The position numbers and the translations under genes are program-made. Positions 62,586-64,000 of a stretch of DNA of 64,000 bases are shown here, in pieces. The stretch is from Candidatus Bathyarchaeota archaeon (GTDB lineage: Archaea; Thermoproteota; Bathyarchaeia; Bathyarchaeales; Bathycorpusculaceae): contig CAVYHV010000014.1 in NCBI GenBank assembly GCA_963768425.1, positions 1 to 64,000 on the forward strand, given 5' to 3'. Below the pieces are notes generated by a model. That model did no database searches, was not told the DNA's origin, and saw only the letters and a list, made by a program, of their open reading frames with translations. How positions within the stretch are numbered: the stretch's first letter is position 1; each line of letters begins with the position of its first letter.

Positions 62586-64000
62586 ATGCAAAACATAATC
62601 ACCTCAAAATCGGTAATTTCAAAGAATATTGAACGCAAGACTGGAAAGGATGTTTGGCGGGACAACCTGCGCTTAGCCGTTTTTGCAGCTGACAAGGTTC
62701 GAAGCACCTTAGGTCCCAAGGGCGCGTACAAACTTATCTCTTATAATCGTGGTCCTGAGCAAGTTGTTAAGGTGACCAAGGATGCCATCGCGATTTTGGA
62801 TGAGCTCGCATTACTGTATCCGCCTGCCGTTGTAGTTTCTGAAGCGGCGAAGATGCATCGGGATGAAGCAGGGGACGGAGTGGCGTCTTTTGTTGTTTTT
62901 TTGTCAGCGCTGCTTAGGAACGCAGACGACCTTTTAAACATGAAAATTCACCCCAACACCATTATCCATGGCTACTATTTGGCTCATCAACAAGCGCTGA
63001 AAATAATAGATAAACAGGCGAAACCGCTAGGCAGCGTAACCAGCCACGTCTTAGATATTGTGGATTCGAAAAGAGGCCTATTAACCCCTCAAACTCGCAC
63101 AATGATTATGGAGGCATACCGATCTGCATCCAGACAAGGAAAATTCGACAAAGACAACATCAGATTTATAAAAAAGCCAGGCTGCTGCCGCGAAGAATCA
63201 GCCTTAATCAAAGGCGTAGTGCTGAAAAAAGAAAAATCGCACCCTAACATGCCCGATCGACTCAAAGCGTTGCGAATAGCTATCACCAGCGAGAAACCGG
63301 GAATAAACCGATTGGAACTCAAAATGAAAAGTGAAGGCCCAACCCAGATTAGGCTGAAAATCAAAAGCGCCGATCAACTGGCGGCATACAAGGAAGCTGA
63401 AGACAAACTGAAGCTGGAACCGCTGAAGAAGCTGGCTATGCATAAAGTTAACGTTTTGATGTGCGAGCAGCTGCTTGACGCGAGTTTGAAGGATAGGTTA
63501 GTCGCGGAAGGCGTTTTCGCTTTGGAGCGGGTTGACAAAAAAGATACTGAAGCGGTTGCAAAAGCCACTGGAGCCCGAATTGTCGGTCAACTTTCAGAGC
63601 TTGCAGAAGAGGATTTGGGCGCGGCGGATGAACTTTACATTGACCAAATTGGCCTCGAGAAAACAGTCACCATTCAAGGCTGCGGGGGAACAACTTTTAT
63701 GCTAAGGGGAACAACGCCCCAGTCGATTGACGAATTGGAAGCTGCAATTCGAAACAGCCTAACCATCTTGAAGCTGCTGGGCGATGACAGTAGGGTTTTG
63801 CCTGGCGGCGGCGCAACAGAAACCGAAATGGCGCAAGAACTCAAACAGTACGCTAAAACCTTCGCAGGTAGGGAACAGGTTGCGATTGAGTTTTTCGCCG
63901 ATGCCTTGATGGAGTGCCCACGATGTTTAGCGGAGAATTACGGTTTTAACCCAGTGGACACAATGATTGAGCTTGGAAACCGCCACGCGAATGGTTTTTG
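62586..64000 (+). CDS. Divergent group II chaperonin (thermosome) subunit, runs off window
   Basis: Hand translation: STLGPKG, VTKDA, AGDGVAS, AKATGA, LPGGGATE; absent from ORF track because no stop in window. Confidence 0.88.
   Translation, partial: MQNIITSKSVISKNIERKTGKDVWRDNLRLAVFAADKVRSTLGPKGAYKLISYNRGPEQVVKVTKDAIAILDELALLYPPAVVVSEAAKMHRDEAGDGVASFVVFLSALLRNADDLLNMKIHPNTIIHGYYLAHQQALKIIDKQAKPLGSVTSHVLDIVDSKRGLLTPQTRTMIMEAYRSASRQGKFDKDNIRFIKKPGCCREESALIKGVVLKKEKSHPNMPDRLKALRIAITSEKPGINRLELKMKSEGPTQIRLKIKSADQLAAYKEAEDKLKLEPLKKLAMHKVNVLMCEQLLDASLKDRLVAEGVFALERVDKKDTEAVAKATGARIVGQLSELAEEDLGAADELYIDQIGLEKTVTIQGCGGTTFMLRGTTPQSIDELEAAIRNSLTILKLLGDDSRVLPGGGATETEMAQELKQYAKTFAGREQVAIEFFADALMECPRCLAENYGFNPVDTMIELGNRHANGF

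Overview
Archaeal DNA (TFB, PCNA, thermosome, BRE/TATA promoters). Gene content suggests Bathyarchaeia, which is an inference. 1-17.4 kb is a head-tail (HK97-fold) provirus running off the left edge: adaptor, capsid, decoration, protease/scaffold, portal, TerL/TerS, a ParB + ABC-ATPase + Mom-like GNAT module, secreted cargo, wHTH early genes and a PCNA. It ends at a tRNA-Pro-like 3' remnant. A second att-bounded accessory island (17.5-35.1 kb) carries three ABC-2 exporters with PadR regulators, a NikR/NiCoT nickel locus and an extra TFB. After it come katG, feoAB-dtxR, an IS110/IS1111-type element, relics of another provirus-like element, pdaD, two amt genes, a PIN/AbrB TA pair and a divergent thermosome subunit. 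Best non-annotated signals: (i) the IS110 3' non-coding region contains guide segments matching both its insertion site and its circle junction (bridge/seek RNA); (ii) several 10-bp phased degenerate repeat arrays; (iii) a structured K-turn leader RNA; (iv) a conserved ~110-nt viral late-operon leader present twice; (v) an A9G slippery site joining the viral ATPase and GNAT. Many single-base indels in conserved genes point to long-read errors, so frameshift claims need read-level checks.
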